A stretch of 64,000 nucleotides of DNA from Catajapyx aquilonaris. Its lineage: Eukaryota. Below the pieces are notes generated by a model. That model searched no databases. It was not told the origin of the DNA and saw only the letters and a program-made list of their open reading frames with translations. Of this stretch, positions 23,976 to 36,800 are shown one piece after another. The stretch is taken from NCBI GenBank assembly GCA_000934665.2, contig KZ538421.1:1-64000 (forward strand), given 5' to 3'. The stretch's first letter is position 1; every line of letters begins with the position of its first letter. Position numbers and translations under genes: made by a program.

Positions 23976-24487
23976 GATGGGTCGTTATACGATCGCAACC
24001 ATCGCGCAGATCACGTGCGGCAGTGGATGCAATCCTGGAATGAAGCGGGATTTGTGCTTAGGCAGGATATGAGCTGAAAACACGTGGCCCTTATTTCTAA
24101 CACTGGCCAAGATCCAGGAAGTATGGCCGCCTCCAAGTAGAGCTTTTGGATGATTTCGAGGCAGATATCTGCACTTTACCATGGCGGCGTGTCGCAAAGT
24201 TGGCTTGGACCCTCCTGAGGAAGTAGGCGATGACCCTCGGAAGAGGAGGACGTTGAGAAGCCAAACACGAGAAGTCGTCCATCGGGTGTACACTTACTTC
24301 AAGAGAGAAAAAGAGGCAGGTGAGCCCCTCTGCGACGTTGCCAGAGCTACCGAAAGAACAGCTGAGGCCACGGGTGTAAATGGACGCGATTGCATTTCCC
24401 GCCGGAAACTTGGCAACGTTGTGGGAAGGGGGTGTGTCCTGCGCGAATGGACGTCCAAAAGCGGTTGCGATCGTTTATTGACCCATC
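23976..24487 (+). mobile_element. Internally deleted IS630/Tc1-mariner-type transposon retaining the transposase N-terminus
   Basis: TA-flanked TIRs GATGGGTC..ACGATCGCAACC. The ORF at 24181 (QTREVVHRVYTYFKRE...ERTAEATGV) resembles the HTH-bearing start of insect DDE transposases. Confidence 0.72.
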
Positions 24488-25412
24488 TATAATACAGAAA
24501 TTTCCTCTACTTGCAAAGGTTACTTGTATAATTTTTCTAACGAGATTATTAACACTATAGAGCTCTCCCAGCAATAGGCCCCATCACCCTTAGTGATATT
24601 CTGAGTACATTATGTCAATTATTGTCACATCTGAACTGTTATGGTTTGAAAACTTCGGTTGTTTATCTGCCAAGCTGAAAATTAAGCAGGTTAGCATTTA
24701 AAAATGACAAGTTACTTGAAATGCTAAGTTTTTGGAGTTTTACTGCTAATGCCATCCATCAGCACTGGTATTTTTTCCCCACAAGGACTTTACATGGGAT
24801 AGCTTTACAGCCACTGCTGGCACAAATATCCTTTAATGACGTGGGGTATACACAATTTCCAAAGTCAAATTTTAATACCTGTCAAGTTCATGGCTGGGTC
24901 ACCCTACTGCCCCATCTCGAAGCAACTAACTTTTGAAGTAACTTGGTGTTTTAAAATTTATAGGTGGCAATAGAATGTTTGTGCTACACAATTTACTTGT
25001 TGAAGATTGATGTGTATGTTATACTGAAAGCACCTGGCATCACCCCCCAAGACTGAGAGGTAGATCAAACCCATTATAGTAAGGCCAGTAAATGAAAATG
25101 GGTAAAATAAGCGGAAATAGCTGAATGATGTGGAGATCTAGCCCTGTTTTTATTCGGAATGAGTACGTTTTCTTCCTTTTAAAATATATATTAGTTTGTG
25201 GTTGATGGATTTGCCTGCCATTTGTTGTCCGTAATCAAATTGACATGTGCTTTTACTTCTTTTTGATTATTCACTTGTTGGATGCAATCACTGTATATTT
25301 GTAAGAAAAGGCAGTCAAACATTTCATTAACTGGAAGAATTAACTGGAAGAACAATAACATACTTCTGGAAATTTTCGTTGACAATGTAGTACTAGTAGC
25401 TGTTGTCATTTA

Positions 25413-25879
25413 GGCCTGTATATGCAATAGATTTTTGAAGGCAGAGTCAGGATTAACTCCGAGTTAAGAGGGGGTTTGCCTCCAGTTCTCATACATAATG
25501 TTGCAAGGCAGGGTTGAGTTAGATCTGGAGTCGACCCTGGTCTGGGAGCGAAGCTGACTCTGCCTGATTCCACCAGCTGGGGTTAAGTGTATTAGAAAAT
25601 TACAGGCAGAGTTCAGTTGTAAAAAGTATTTTGGAGCTTCCGGCAGAGGTTGAGACTGGGTGAAAGATATGGGATGAGATGGGTCAGAGAGAGACGACGA
25701 CCCCCATGAAGATGCCGGCTTTTCCCAGAAAATGTTACGGTTTTGGTGTCGGAGTAAAGTAACCCTGCTCTGTTTTCATTATGTATGTGGGTCCAACTCA
25801 ACCCTGGGTTCAACCCTGACTTGCTCTCTACCTGGGGTTACTGAACCCCAGGATATGAGCAGTCTTTTATGTATGGGTC
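25413..25879. mobile_element. PIF/Harbinger-like MITE
   Basis: tta-ggcctgtatatgcaataga / tcttttatgtatgggtc-taa, with internal repeated gggtt/aaccc motifs. Confidence 0.45.
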
Positions 25880-27635
25880 TAAGCAACTGTCGTTCGAAGG
25901 ATGTCATGTTTGTGTTGCCATACATGTAGTTGTACACATGAATTTGTTCCTTTTTTTTCTGTGCACTATACATTGTAATGAGAAATAATAAAAACGGGCC
26001 AAAACGCTCAGTGTTGTTTATTTTCAGTATAGTATTTGGGACGTGGTAATATTCAAATAGTTTTATGCTGGCTCCGTGATGAAAACTGATGTAGAATTAT
26101 TTAATTTTTCTGTGAAAAATGAACCCTTACAATGCACTTGATCCTGAGAGAATGAATCACTGATGTTATAATGCCTGAATATTATTTCACTATCACCAAG
26201 TGATTCAGAATAATGGTTACCTGGCAGTTAAAGCTCCTGTCACACTTGAAAAGAAAATTAGCTGGATGTCTTGCAGCAAAAGGTGAAATAGAAATAGCCA
26301 TAATTACCTGAGGTAAATTAGTTTGTTATTGAGGCAACATTGCATCTGACGAAAACATGACTTGCTTCCAGTAACAATGTTGTACAGTACCGTACTGCAG
26401 TATAATCATCATAATTATTTTTAAGTACCCCGTGCCACCCTTTGCAGGATATTTGGGGGGAAAATGATAAAATAATGAGAGAAGTGACTAATACTACCAG
26501 CCCTACATCATCTCGACAAGTTCAGCAAGAATCATATTTGCACTTAAGAAAGGCTTCACATTTGTGGTACTGGTACTTCATAAATATGGAAGATGTCTTT
26601 CTGAGCACGTGGCAGATAGAGGGTCAGAGTCCTGAATGAATGCGGAATGTGGAAGGTCTGATCACATAATGTAGCAGATGTACTAGTGCAATCCTGAACA
26701 ATTAAACGAGGCGCTTAGAACAATAGTGGCCCAAGTCCATATTTGCCACTTTCGAGATACGGCCGCCATCACACTCGGAAGGCTACTCAAGTTTGTGCAA
26801 AATTAGTGTAAGTCCTAAGTTGGACATTTGGGCAACAGTTGGCATAATTCTATTTATGCTCCGAGGAGAATATATTGCCTACACCTACACCATGGAGCAT
26901 TTCAGGTCAATTTTCGTAGCTTTATTTATTTTTGGACTTGGGCCACTTTTGTTCTAAGTGCCTCACATTGTTCCAATAATTGCGTTGCCTGAAGTGGTTC
27001 GCAATTTTTTGCATTAAGCTGCTTACAATTAAAACGGTTACTTTGAGGGGCTATCAAAAATATTACTGTACTTGCTAATTAAAGCACACTTGGCAATCAA
27101 TCAGGCAGGAATGTTTAACCATTGTTCTGCTAGACAGGTACACTGATTAGTCGGAACCCAGAAGTATAACATATGAGGAGCATAGTGTCAAAGAAGCTGC
27201 TACACTAAGGGACATACAACATGCAATTATCCTCTTAGGGCGTTTCAATTGAAATGACAGTAGCAGTAACTTAGTGAGGTTTTGGCACTAAGCTGCTTAT
27301 TTTCAGTTGCATTACCAGTATTTGCACAGTTCCTTTAAGTAGGTCTCAACCACTTAAACAACCACTAAAAGAAGCCACGTCTGTAGTGCTTGATGTGATC
27401 TGAAAATAGCCAGGAAAACATCTTCGTAAATGTTGCAGAATGAATTATTATTCATTTTGCAACATTTACTATTGCCAGTTGCATAGGCCTACATATTTTC
27501 AATAATCTGAATCTCTGGTGTTGAATTTGGAGCCTAAATTTATTTCAGAGTATGCTTGAATTTTTGTGTTGTACAGAATGATTTGGACAAAAGTACTGCG
27601 ATGGAGAATAGGATGATTGTGTTACATTGGTTAAT

Positions 27636-27870
27636 TTACTCTTTTAAACCATGGGGGTAGCGGTAACCGGCCAGTTGCTTAGCGGATGGAAGCTCGCCTC
27701 TCACCACTTTGCACTTAGCAAGGAGCTCCAGCGATTTTGCCTTTTGGCCGATGGCCACTGACAGGTCTCTCTTGTTTATGTGCAGGCGCTGCAGCATGTC
27801 CTGTGCATTGCGCCTTCTCCCTTCCAGCTCTGCAATGGACATGTTCAGCTCGGCCACCTGTCCAACCAAA
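27636..27870 (-). CDS. Tekt4: Tektin last exon
   Basis: tttcag| LVGQVAELNMSIAELEGRRRNAQDMLQRLHINKRDLSVAIGQKAKSLELLAKCKVVRGELPSAKQLAGYRYPHGLKE*. Confidence 0.88.
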
Positions 27871-30800
27871 CTGAAATGAAATTGTGGTACATGAATGTAC
27901 TATTCGAAGTACCATTAAGACTAAATCAGAATATGCGCTGTTCATGAGTGTTCACAAGTGGATTACGGCACATATCAGAGATGATAGATGCAGCCCCATT
28001 CTGTATTATTCTCATCAATTTGGTGCAATAATTGCAGCAAGTGTAATTTTATTGTTACTAATGTGCTTATCATGCCTGCATGTGTCAACTGCTTTGAAGC
28101 TATACATTGACATGGATGAAAAGTCCCTCTTTATTGACACTTTCAAAGTGTCTGACAATTGAGGCTTTCCGGGCTGCCAGTCAATACATCCCACCGCCAA
28201 CTGTTGCTTCACGCTTCTATTGACTGGTGAAATGTGAAATTATTATTCATGATTTTATGATTATGATTTAAATTTTTTTATAATGAATCTATGGCACCCC
28301 TGGGAGCTGGTGAGGAGTTGGCAGTTTTGCCGAGAGATCACGGTATGCAGGAGTGTCAGGAGGTGGACCTGGGTGGATGGTTCGAGCATTGTAATCAGTC
28401 GTGAGATGGCCTGGGAGGAGGCTTGTCGCAATAAAATTGTTTTTAAGGTACCCATCAGGATTGACTGTCTGGTGATGACCAGCAGAGATGGCAATGTTAT
28501 CTCTCCTTTATTGGTTTCTAGAGCAGGGCAGTAGGCTGAAGCAGCATGAGAGCCAAAAATGTGGCTGCTGATTTGAAGAGCGACAAAAAGCAGCTACCCT
28601 CTCTACCTGCCCCTCGAGTCCTTTTCATGTCGTAGACCTCGAAATGTTTGCTTTAGCGATTGGCCGAGAGTAAAAAGAATCATCCCATTCGATTCTTTCC
28701 TCTTCTCCCCCCCTCTCCCCCGCCCCCTGGTTGCTAGAGAGGAACTGAAGCTAGCTAGGTCAACAATGGCAACCCGGAAAAGAAAACCACGGGTCTCTCC
28801 TTCTTTCGGTGGTGTGCACTCCATCGACATTACTCCTCTCTTCTCACCTTAATAAGGAAGTCTAATAAGTTGAGGATAGCCTATCTTCGCAAACAAGTTC
28901 TTTTGGAAGGAGCCTCAAAGGCCTCGTCTGCACCTACCTATTTACAAATGAAAAGCAATTAGCAGCCGACTAATGGAGAGGTTGTCACGTGTTGGCTGTA
29001 GTCTACCTTACGTTTCTTACGGTCTTCCACACAACATGTGCACGTGCAGTTCTGATGAGGAAATCGACAATTTCCTTCTGGTACCGTATGTTACGTAGTG
29101 ACTTTCACACACTTTCCATATACGTAGGATAAAGTAGCCAAGAGACCTCGTTCTCTGGGGGAACGTGAGGACAAGATATTGCTCCCATCCCCTTCCCATC
29201 CATTTCCTCTGGTAAGATGTTATCCAGGTAATCCCCACTCTGAGAGCCGAAATTCCTGCTGGAACATTTTGTGGCAACTGAAGAACTGCCAAGGCTTCTA
29301 CCATGTCACTATAATTAATTTCTGTCTTTGTCGCCTCAAAGATAAGACACGACCACATGATCCTGTAGTATAGATCCTGGTTACACTGAACTTTTTTTGG
29401 TCATAACTTTTTTTTTGACAGATAGTGTGCGCACTATCACATACTCGTCTTAAAGTACTGGAGGCGTATACTCATCCAGGTCACTCGCAATCGACAAAGT
29501 CGATTGCGAGNTAGTGTGCGCACTATCACATACTCGTCTTAAAGTACTGGAGGCGTATACTCATCCAGGTCACTCGCAATCGACTTTGTCGATTGCGAGT
29601 GACCTGGATGAGTTACGCCTCCTGGCGAGGAGCAGAAAACGAGGGCCATTGTCAATTTTACAGCTTGATATTTCTGATACATTATTGCTGAAAAGACTCC
29701 TCCAAACTACCAAGTCCCTCGGAAAAATAGCGCAACCGCAATACCTGTCACAGCGACACCAAATGCGGACAAAAGGTTGTAATATTGGAGACTAAAAGCA
29801 ATTTATTGGCAGGATTCGAACTGACATGGTCAATAATAGGGTCCTAAGTAGCGCAATCGGAAGAGTCCTCGACTCTGTCTGGATGCCAGTGGGTTTGAAG
29901 CGACTCTGAGCCCTTTTGTTGTTTCTCTGATATAAAAAGAAAATTGACGGACCTAAGCCTAAAATCATATATCCTGTGCCGAGTGATAGTGGGCACTACT
30001 AACCATTACTATCGGAAGTATTATTTTACAAAATATTACCGCCTAGAGTAACAGTAGGGCGAGTATACTTGAATACATCTGCACTCTTAACCATTTACCT
30101 TCTCTAGAGAGGGTAAATGGTTAAGAGTGTGGTCCCTCCAAGGATATAAGATAATGAGAAATGACCACATACCTGATGTGAGCTCCATCACGGCAACGTT
30201 CCATCCGAGTGTTCATATCGCGAAGATACAGGCGCGATTCGGTCTTCTTCTTGGCGCGTCTCAGGTTATCAATACCCTTGGTCAGGTTCCGGATCATTTT
30301 CTCTTGCATCTCCATGTCTTTCAGTGTCTAAAAAATGAAGAAAAAGTAATGCCATTTAACTGAAAAGGGAGGTCATTTTGCAACTAAGTGACTTTCATGG
30401 GAAATATTTTTGAATGGGATCTCACCTAATATTATTAGCTAATATAGGCATAATTTTGCGCTAGTTTGTCTCATTAGGAGCTACTACGGACTCACATTAA
30501 ATGCTAATGGGCAACATCCCACGCTAGTAGTGAATGAACAGAGAGACTATAGGATGTCAAAGTGCGTTCTCACGGATGCGAGAAGCCGCAAAAAAGCGCG
30601 AAAGCTTTTTATTCGCCGATTATCTGTCCGAGCTGTGAGGACGTGAGAGGATGGCGATACTTTCACGTGTGTGACAGACACTTTGACAGTATCGCGTGTG
30701 ATAGAATCAATCACATGCCGCTCCTGTCGTTTTATACTAAATGTCACCGTATGTGGACAGTCAATCTGTGTAGAAAATGATTGCAATATAGCGAGCCTGC

Positions 30801-33800
30801 AGTCGTCAACATGTGTTTTTGTTGTCGACACTCCCAATACTCTAGATTGCATAAAAAATTCATACAAATGTCCAGAACGAGTGACACGACCCTCATATTA
30901 AAGACCCTTCATATTACTGACATATGCAGCTGGTAGTACAAGATCGGCAATAATAATTCAGATTTTTGGGACATTTTCATTGAATCTCTATATGATTGCT
31001 ACGAATTACTTATCGAAAGTGGAAGTTTCAATTATTGGGTAACAGATTGAGCTTGGATCTGTACTCGACCAGGTAAACGGTTCAATGAAAACTTCACGAC
31101 ACATGCGAATGTACACACACAGAAAAATGGCCGCGTCAGGTGACACGCTATGGCAGTCAGGTGACGATATCCCGTTTGACTCGCCAAGCAGAGTCAGTTC
31201 ACTCTCCAAACAAGTCGCCTGACACCTCAGGGGGGGTCAAAGGACCACCCCTCCCCGAACTGCTCTGACTATCCTGGCGGGTCCACTGATGACCCTGGGG
31301 AGTCCCTCGACCATCCTGGCGAGTCAAAGGACACCCCAGAGGAGTCAAATTACTCACCAGGGTCATCAGTGGACCCGCCAGGATAGTCAGAGCAGTTCGA
31401 GGAGGGGTAGTCCTTTGACCCCCCGAGGTGTCAGGCGGCTTGTTTGAAGGTGAACTAGCTGACTCTGCTTGGCGAGTCAAACTGGATATCGCCACCTGAC
31501 TACCATAGCGTGTTACCTGACGCGGGCATTTTTCTGTGTGCAGTACAAAAAAAATCAAATCCTTATAGAACTCATGCAACAAAATTGATTCCTCCCCTAG
31601 GAGAACTTGACAACAAGAAGCATCTAACTCTCTTAGATACTGCTTGAATGAATTTCGCCAAGACTACTCGAGTTTCATAACGAGCTTGAGACACCTCACT
31701 TCTCCCAAAGGTCACGTGCCATTCTAAGATGAAGCCTGTTTATTATAATTGCGACTGAGCAACTTGGTAGTGCACTTGCTTATTCATATCATACATCCTG
31801 TATGAAAGAAACAAAAATTTGAGCATGCAAAAAGTACATAAAGCGGCTATATTTTTCTTCTTGCAAATGAGTATATCCTTGTGCACCACACGGCTTGATT
31901 GCTTTCACCCAGAAAATTGTTCAAGGACCAACTTGTAAGTTGTTTCATTTAACCAACTCGAGCCCGGGAGTTTTCCTAACAAAGACAAATGAACAGCAAC
32001 TGTAATAATATCGCCCTTGTGAAGTTAGGTTTACTTCGTTGTCGTGATAGTTCATACTTGAGGGCTCCAGAGGCTATAATTAATGAGAAGCTTAGTATCC
32101 GCGTGACTTGCATGTTCCAGATTTGCTACTTAGCTCCTGCATGGGCATTTATTAGTGTGCCTATATTCTCTTGTAACTTAGAAGATGAAAGTGGAAACAG
32201 CCAACTGCGCATCTTCTTACAGTTAGTTAAGCATGTGGTCTTCGTCGCATTACATAATTATGACAATTACCTACAAGTGGGCTGGTAGCAGTCAATATAA
32301 ATTTTGAAGTCCCTATATCGCCACACTTCAGAAAAAATTGTGATTTGAATTAATATCACACCACGTAGCTTGCCCATCAAAATTTGATGGGCAAGCTACG
32401 TGGTGTGATATTAATTCAGATAATGAATTTTGTTAACTTTGAGAGACAGAATGTGAAATAGTTTTCTTTCATCATGGCATGATGTTCTGGGTGGCTCTCC
32501 TAAACGTTGCATCCTACAACATCAACAGGTCTGAGCATTTAAAGTTCACTCTTAGATGGAAGTGTAATTAGATGATGTGGAAGAGCACGGTGAGGAGGTT
32601 GGTGGGGGGGGGGGGGTTTNAGAGTCGGTAGGGAACCTTGTTATATCTCAGGACTAATCGACGGCTGCAGCTCTGGTTCGTAAAGGTAAGGGCTCGACTG
32701 TGGTTAGGTCTTAGTTAGGTTTTTTATAATTATTTTGTTGTGCAGGTATAGAACAGTGCCATACCATGTGATCATAGATTGAATTATAAAGACTCTCAGA
32801 ATAAACCTAAATATGCTCCTTCAAGTGCCTGTCAGTGCGCTCCAACCAATCGGGTAACCACTCGACTGAAAAGTGTACACTGGAGTACCAAATACAAGGA
32901 GCACCAAGGAGTACCAAATTCAAGGAGTACCAAGGAGTACCAAATTCAAGGAGTACCAAGGAGTACCAAAGAGTAAGGTACCTAAAGGAGTAGCCAAGGG
33001 GGTAACCACTTTGGTACTCTGGTGTACGTGTACACCTGCGAGTGGTACTCCCAGGCACCCCTCAGGATGGTATACCTCACTCTTTATTACTCCTTGGTAC
33101 TCCTTGAATTTGGTACTCCAGTGTACACACTTTTCAGTCGAGTGATTACCCCCTTGGGAGTAGCCTACCTGGGAGAACCGAAGTGGTTACCCCCTTGGAC
33201 CCAACTGTATACGCCAACATAATTACTCACAATAAACATAACTCCTTGCCTACTATTCATCCCACACCGAGTCTAACATTATCTACAGAAACACTAAACG
33301 TAATAGCACCTGCAATGACCCACCCATACCCACGGTTTCACCATAGAACGTAGGTGGAGGATCCCTAATACAAAAGCTCAAAACAAGTGAATATTCATCA
33401 TTAGGCCCATATAGCTTGCTTAATGGGCTATGCGGCTGGTACTAAATGATGTATTGTTTGAACAAAGAGAACTAGATGGGGCGGGAGGGTGAGTCGGAAG
33501 AGTTTGAACTTGGGACAGTGGGAATGCAACCTCTCGCGACCCTTCACCGTTAGGTCACGTCCCACGTGGCTCCATATTCACACCCTGATTGGCCGTTCCT
33601 TTATGGGTTGCGGAAAGGAGAGTCAGTTACTGTGCAGTGGAGCTGCAAGAGCACGTAACAGATTGCGGACATAGTAAAAACTGTCCAACGTAACGATCCC
33701 GGATGCACTTTGACCCTGTGGAAGTTTCGCTTTGATATAAGGTGCAGTCACGAATTATAACGCACGATACTGCGAAAAACCAATATTTCTGGTATTTATT

Positions 33801-36800
33801 CAATTCATAAAGTTGCTTTCACCCGTTCAAATGTTGCCAACAGTAGTTTAGAACAATAGGGTCAAATGGCAGCAAAACAAAAAAAACAACCTCTGCCAGT
33901 ATTCCAATAAAAATCAGGCGTAGTGTCCCATATATGAAGCCCGTTTAACAATAAGCCGATTTCAATGGCGGCATTGAAAAGCCAGTGTTTATTTTCGCTT
34001 GGAGCTTGACAGGCTGTCACGTGCCATTTTCTAGTAGGAAATAAGCGAGTGTCTGCGTCCCCGTTTTCGCTTGCCTGAGTGTGACAACTCAGATTATACA
34101 GAGATGGACCCGAGCAGAAGGGTGTGTCCACAACAGCAGTGTTGTTCCGCGTCCAGTGGCAGCAATTTCCTAGCCAGGAACTTAGGCGTCTAGTTCGGAC
34201 TCTAGGTTATGTCGACTATGATCGATTTACATTACTCGGAAAGACTGATGAACTGACTCTTTGGACAAATGTTTATGCGCCAAAATGGTGTGCTTACGTC
34301 TGCACTTTACAAAAAAAAGGTGCTTTTCTGGACACCGCAAATGCCACTCTATGTCCAGACTACCAATCACGATTTTGGATTTATATCAAAAAAATCACTT
34401 TCCTTACGATAGGGTCTTCTAACATGAAAACACATTCACAAATGTTTTTCCGCCATTGATGCTCTGACAAATCAAGTTGAATGATTTCACTTAATATTAT
34501 TGGATGAGCTTTTAAGTATTAATTATAGAAAGTATTTTAACATCATCAACCTATTCGTTATAAGTGGAAAATTAGATTTAAAATTTTAAGAGATTTATTT
34601 GTCAAAACATCCACCATAGCCATCGAGCAGACACTTTCATTAAGCTGCTTTAATATCGTCCCTTTCATGAAAATTAATTAGGCCCGTAGTGTTCAAATAA
34701 ATGACATCAAATAAGCTAAACATCCGGTGTTCTTATACGAGTTATTCCATGTAGATAACATGTGAATGGTGATCCACGTGTTACGATACTTACGCCAAAC
34801 CTAGCTCTATATTCTTCGCTTCCGAAGCATAAAATTCACGCTGTAAAAATAATGACAGGAATAAAGAAGTTTTACAGTGTACCCAGCCACTATAAACATG
34901 GGGTTTCTCAATGCCCCACAGTGTCACGTAACTAATAATTGACTCAATTTCAATTGATGTGGCTTTCTAGCTTGGAAGCGCGTCACTTGCATTTTCAAAA
35001 TAGAATCATAAAACCAAGCATGTGTACCCAATATCTATCACCTTATTGCAGTTGTAAAACAACATCGGTTGTTGCTATGTACGCATAGCAGGGCCGGGTA
35101 ATCATGACTGATTTATATGCTGCTGAAATTCTTTTGTAATCACATCAAGCTGAAACGTGTTTAAGCGGAGAGGAGAACACTGGACCAAAAAAAAAAAAAA
35201 TAGTTAAATTTGGAATTTTGGAAAATGTCAAAATTTGGACTTAATAGTACAGTACATTAAAAACATTTGGTTGAAAGTCAAGGTTATTTTAACGAATATC
35301 ACATGTGACAGGACCTATACGTATCCTATACGTATACTATACATATCCTATACGTATACTATACGTATCCTATACGTATACTACACGTATAGATACGTAT
35401 CCTATACGTATACTACACGTATAGATACGTATCCTATACGTATACTACACGTTTATACGTATCCTATACGTATACTACAAGTATATACGTATCCTATACG
35501 TATATACGTATCCTTTACTCATACTATACGTATAATCCGATTTGGTTGAATATTTAGCGTTCGTTCAACTAAATATTTTTTTGAGTGTAAGAAAAGAACT
35601 TGGATACCACAGAAAAAAAGTGTGAGTGTGGAGAAAGAATAGCTCTAATACTGTACTTTCCAGACAAGTAAATTAGGATTTAGGCGAGCTTTGTGCAGCC
35701 TCGTAATTTTCTCCAGGGCTTCGCTCCGACTCGGATATCTTAACCGAATCGGACACTTTCCCTTCATTTCATTACATGCCACCGGCGCACAAATAGGTTT
35801 ACACTCCCAACTTGGCTGCTGGAAAAAAAAAACTCCAGCTAGAATCGCGGGCTCCACATATCTCACTCAAAGTGCTGAAGACCAGACATAACTAACCACT
35901 TGATTTATCGATAATAGTCTCACTGGGTGACACATTTCCTCAGCGACAAAAAGAAACTCCCCGAGTAGTTCATAAATTACACAAAGACGAATGGTGAGAG
36001 GGTTAACAGCGAGTAACTCACTATTCAATAAGTCCAGCACCAATCAGGTTGAGCAGGGGTGAATATCCGAATATCTGAAATTTGCCGCAGAGGAGCAAAT
36101 AGGACAATTTCAAAATCGCCTACTTGTCACAATAACGTGAAAAAATATTCTGTTTCAAAAAAAAAAAAGGAACCAAAAAGACAATTTTGAGCCAAGTACG
36201 TCAAATACACATCCCTAGGCACCAAGCCATCCCTACCACTTCAGCCAATAACACGGAAAGGGTTGGGTGCACTGTCAACTTTCGTAACCGCATTGTTTCT
36301 CGGCAGAATTACCAGATGCCATACTTTACTGTTGGACACTGTTGGGCCAGGTTCTGAATGCCAACCTCTACCGAAAATCCAAATGCGATGTGAGAGGACC
36401 GTAACTCAATATCCACTTCCCTTGCGGCGAGAAAAGAAAGCAAGTGTTGCCGAAAGCATCCAAGAGGTGGCGTTGGGGGAAGGGGGAAAAAGGAACGGCA
36501 TCCCGACTCCACCTGTTGGGTGCTTTTGGTACCACTGCTTTTTTTTCTCGCCGCAAGGGGAAGTGGACATTGAGTTACGGTCTTCTTATATCTGACGGCA
36601 GTACTGAGAGCCTCTTATCGCACTCAGTTATCGCGTTGGGTTGGCATTCAGATAAGACGGTGGGTGGGTGGGACTCACCTTTCTGTGCTGCTCATCTAGG
36701 GCGCGTTTGGCACGTTCCAATTCATCCGTACGGTTGAGAATAGCCGAGTCCACGTGTTCTCCCTTCATGCGCATTGTCTTGGCCATGTCGTCCAGGGTGC

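Noticed and set aside
29422..29600. Tandem duplication of about 90 bp joined by a single N
   Set aside because: Contig junction at a palindrome, with the loop flipped between copies; most likely an assembly artefact.
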